Shown here piece by piece: positions 63,462 through 64,000 of a stretch of DNA of 64,000 bases (positions are counted from its first letter, which is position 1; each line of letters opens with the position of its first letter). The translations under genes and the position numbers were made by a program. The DNA comes from a virus (taxonomy: Duplodnaviria > Caudoviricetes). The notes beneath the pieces are model-generated. The model had not been told where the DNA came from. It made no database searches and saw nothing but the letters and a program-made list of their open reading frames with translations. Where the stretch lies: IMG/VR virus record IMGVR_UViG_3300001525_000313, positions 1 through 64,000 of that record; one strand, 5' to 3'.

Positions 63462-64000
63462 TTATATAGTAAAGTCTAAAGTAATACTTTTTGCAAATCC
63501 ATAGAATAAAAGATCAATTGTGATGTAAACCGTCTTGGTTGGTATATCTGTAGTATAATTTATATTATAATTATGCAAATTTCCACGTGTTATAAATTGA
63601 TCAAGTATCTCGCGTTTAATATAGTTTATTATTGATTCTATAACAAATACAGTATTTAAAACAAACTTTTGCGTCTCTAAGTATTCACGTATTAAACGCC
63701 GTAAATAAACAAATGTTCGTGATATATGACTGTATTGTAAATTAGGCGATCTAGATAATGATTTATTTCCGTAAACTGATGGAGCACCTGAATCAAATAA
63801 TACTACTGAATTACACCTAACATCAACTAGCTGTTCAGCTAATTCTTCATTAATTGAATCTTTAATAGTTGTATTTGCAATATTTAGCTTATCAAGACTG
63901 TTTGCAACGTACTGTACACTATTAATAAGTAGATTATAAAATGTAAGTATAGCTGTCGAGTAATAAATTTTTATCGGTCTATGATATTTAAGAGCACTTG
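63462..64000 (-). CDS. C-terminal part of a second tail-sheath-like protein (partial, absent from ORF track)
   Basis: Open frame ...AEQLVDVRCNSV...VYGNKSL...SHISRTFVYLRRLIREYLETQKFVLN...ITLDFTI* aligns by eye with the C-terminus of 54861..57422. Confidence 0.75.
   Translation of the reverse strand, partial: SALKYHRPIKIYYSTAILTFYNLLINSVQYVANSLDKLNIANTTIKDSINEELAEQLVDVRCNSVVLFDSGAPSVYGNKSLSRSPNLQYSHISRTFVYLRRLIREYLETQKFVLNTVFVIESIINYIKREILDQFITRGNLHNYNINYTTDIPTKTVYITIDLLFYGFAKSITLDFTI

Noticed and set aside
1-64000. tRNA/rRNA genes, integrase or transposase
   Set aside because: None recognisable by eye; intergenic gaps are short and AT-rich. tRNAscan-SE would be needed to exclude tRNAs formally

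Overview
AT-rich (roughly 27-28% GC by eye), densely coding, almost entirely minus-strand segment of a large contractile-tailed (myovirus/jumbo-type) phage genome. About 28-57 kb and 63-64 kb is a tail/baseplate module: fibres, wedge, gp25-like, LysM/gp53-like, tube initiator, tape measure with a C-terminal NlpC/P60-like domain, two sheath paralogues and a tube gene, with two glycosyltransferases lodged between the fibre genes. Replication and nucleotide genes are interspersed (DnaX-like clamp loader, NrdD/NrdG, thymidine kinase, SNF2 helicase, 5'-3' exonuclease, CHC2 zinc finger, DNA methylase). Two things stand out. (1) A short peptide tag, L-E-x-R-[IV]-x-[RK]-L-E, usually followed by (N)E, recurs 14 times in 13 otherwise mostly unrelated accessory proteins, at N-termini, C-termini or domain junctions. 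I infer a capsid-targeting/prohead-protease address label for a set of injected cargo proteins. (2) nrdD is fractured at its active-site cysteine by a naturally split intein, with a free-standing endonuclease gene between the halves and a 349-nt group I intron 20 codons further on, so the enzyme needs both RNA self-splicing and protein trans-splicing. About 15 single-base frameshifts or in-frame stops break genes, 14 of them in the first 26 kb (assembly error or real decay); several genes below are reconstructed by hand across them. All functional calls come from motif recognition; no database search was run.
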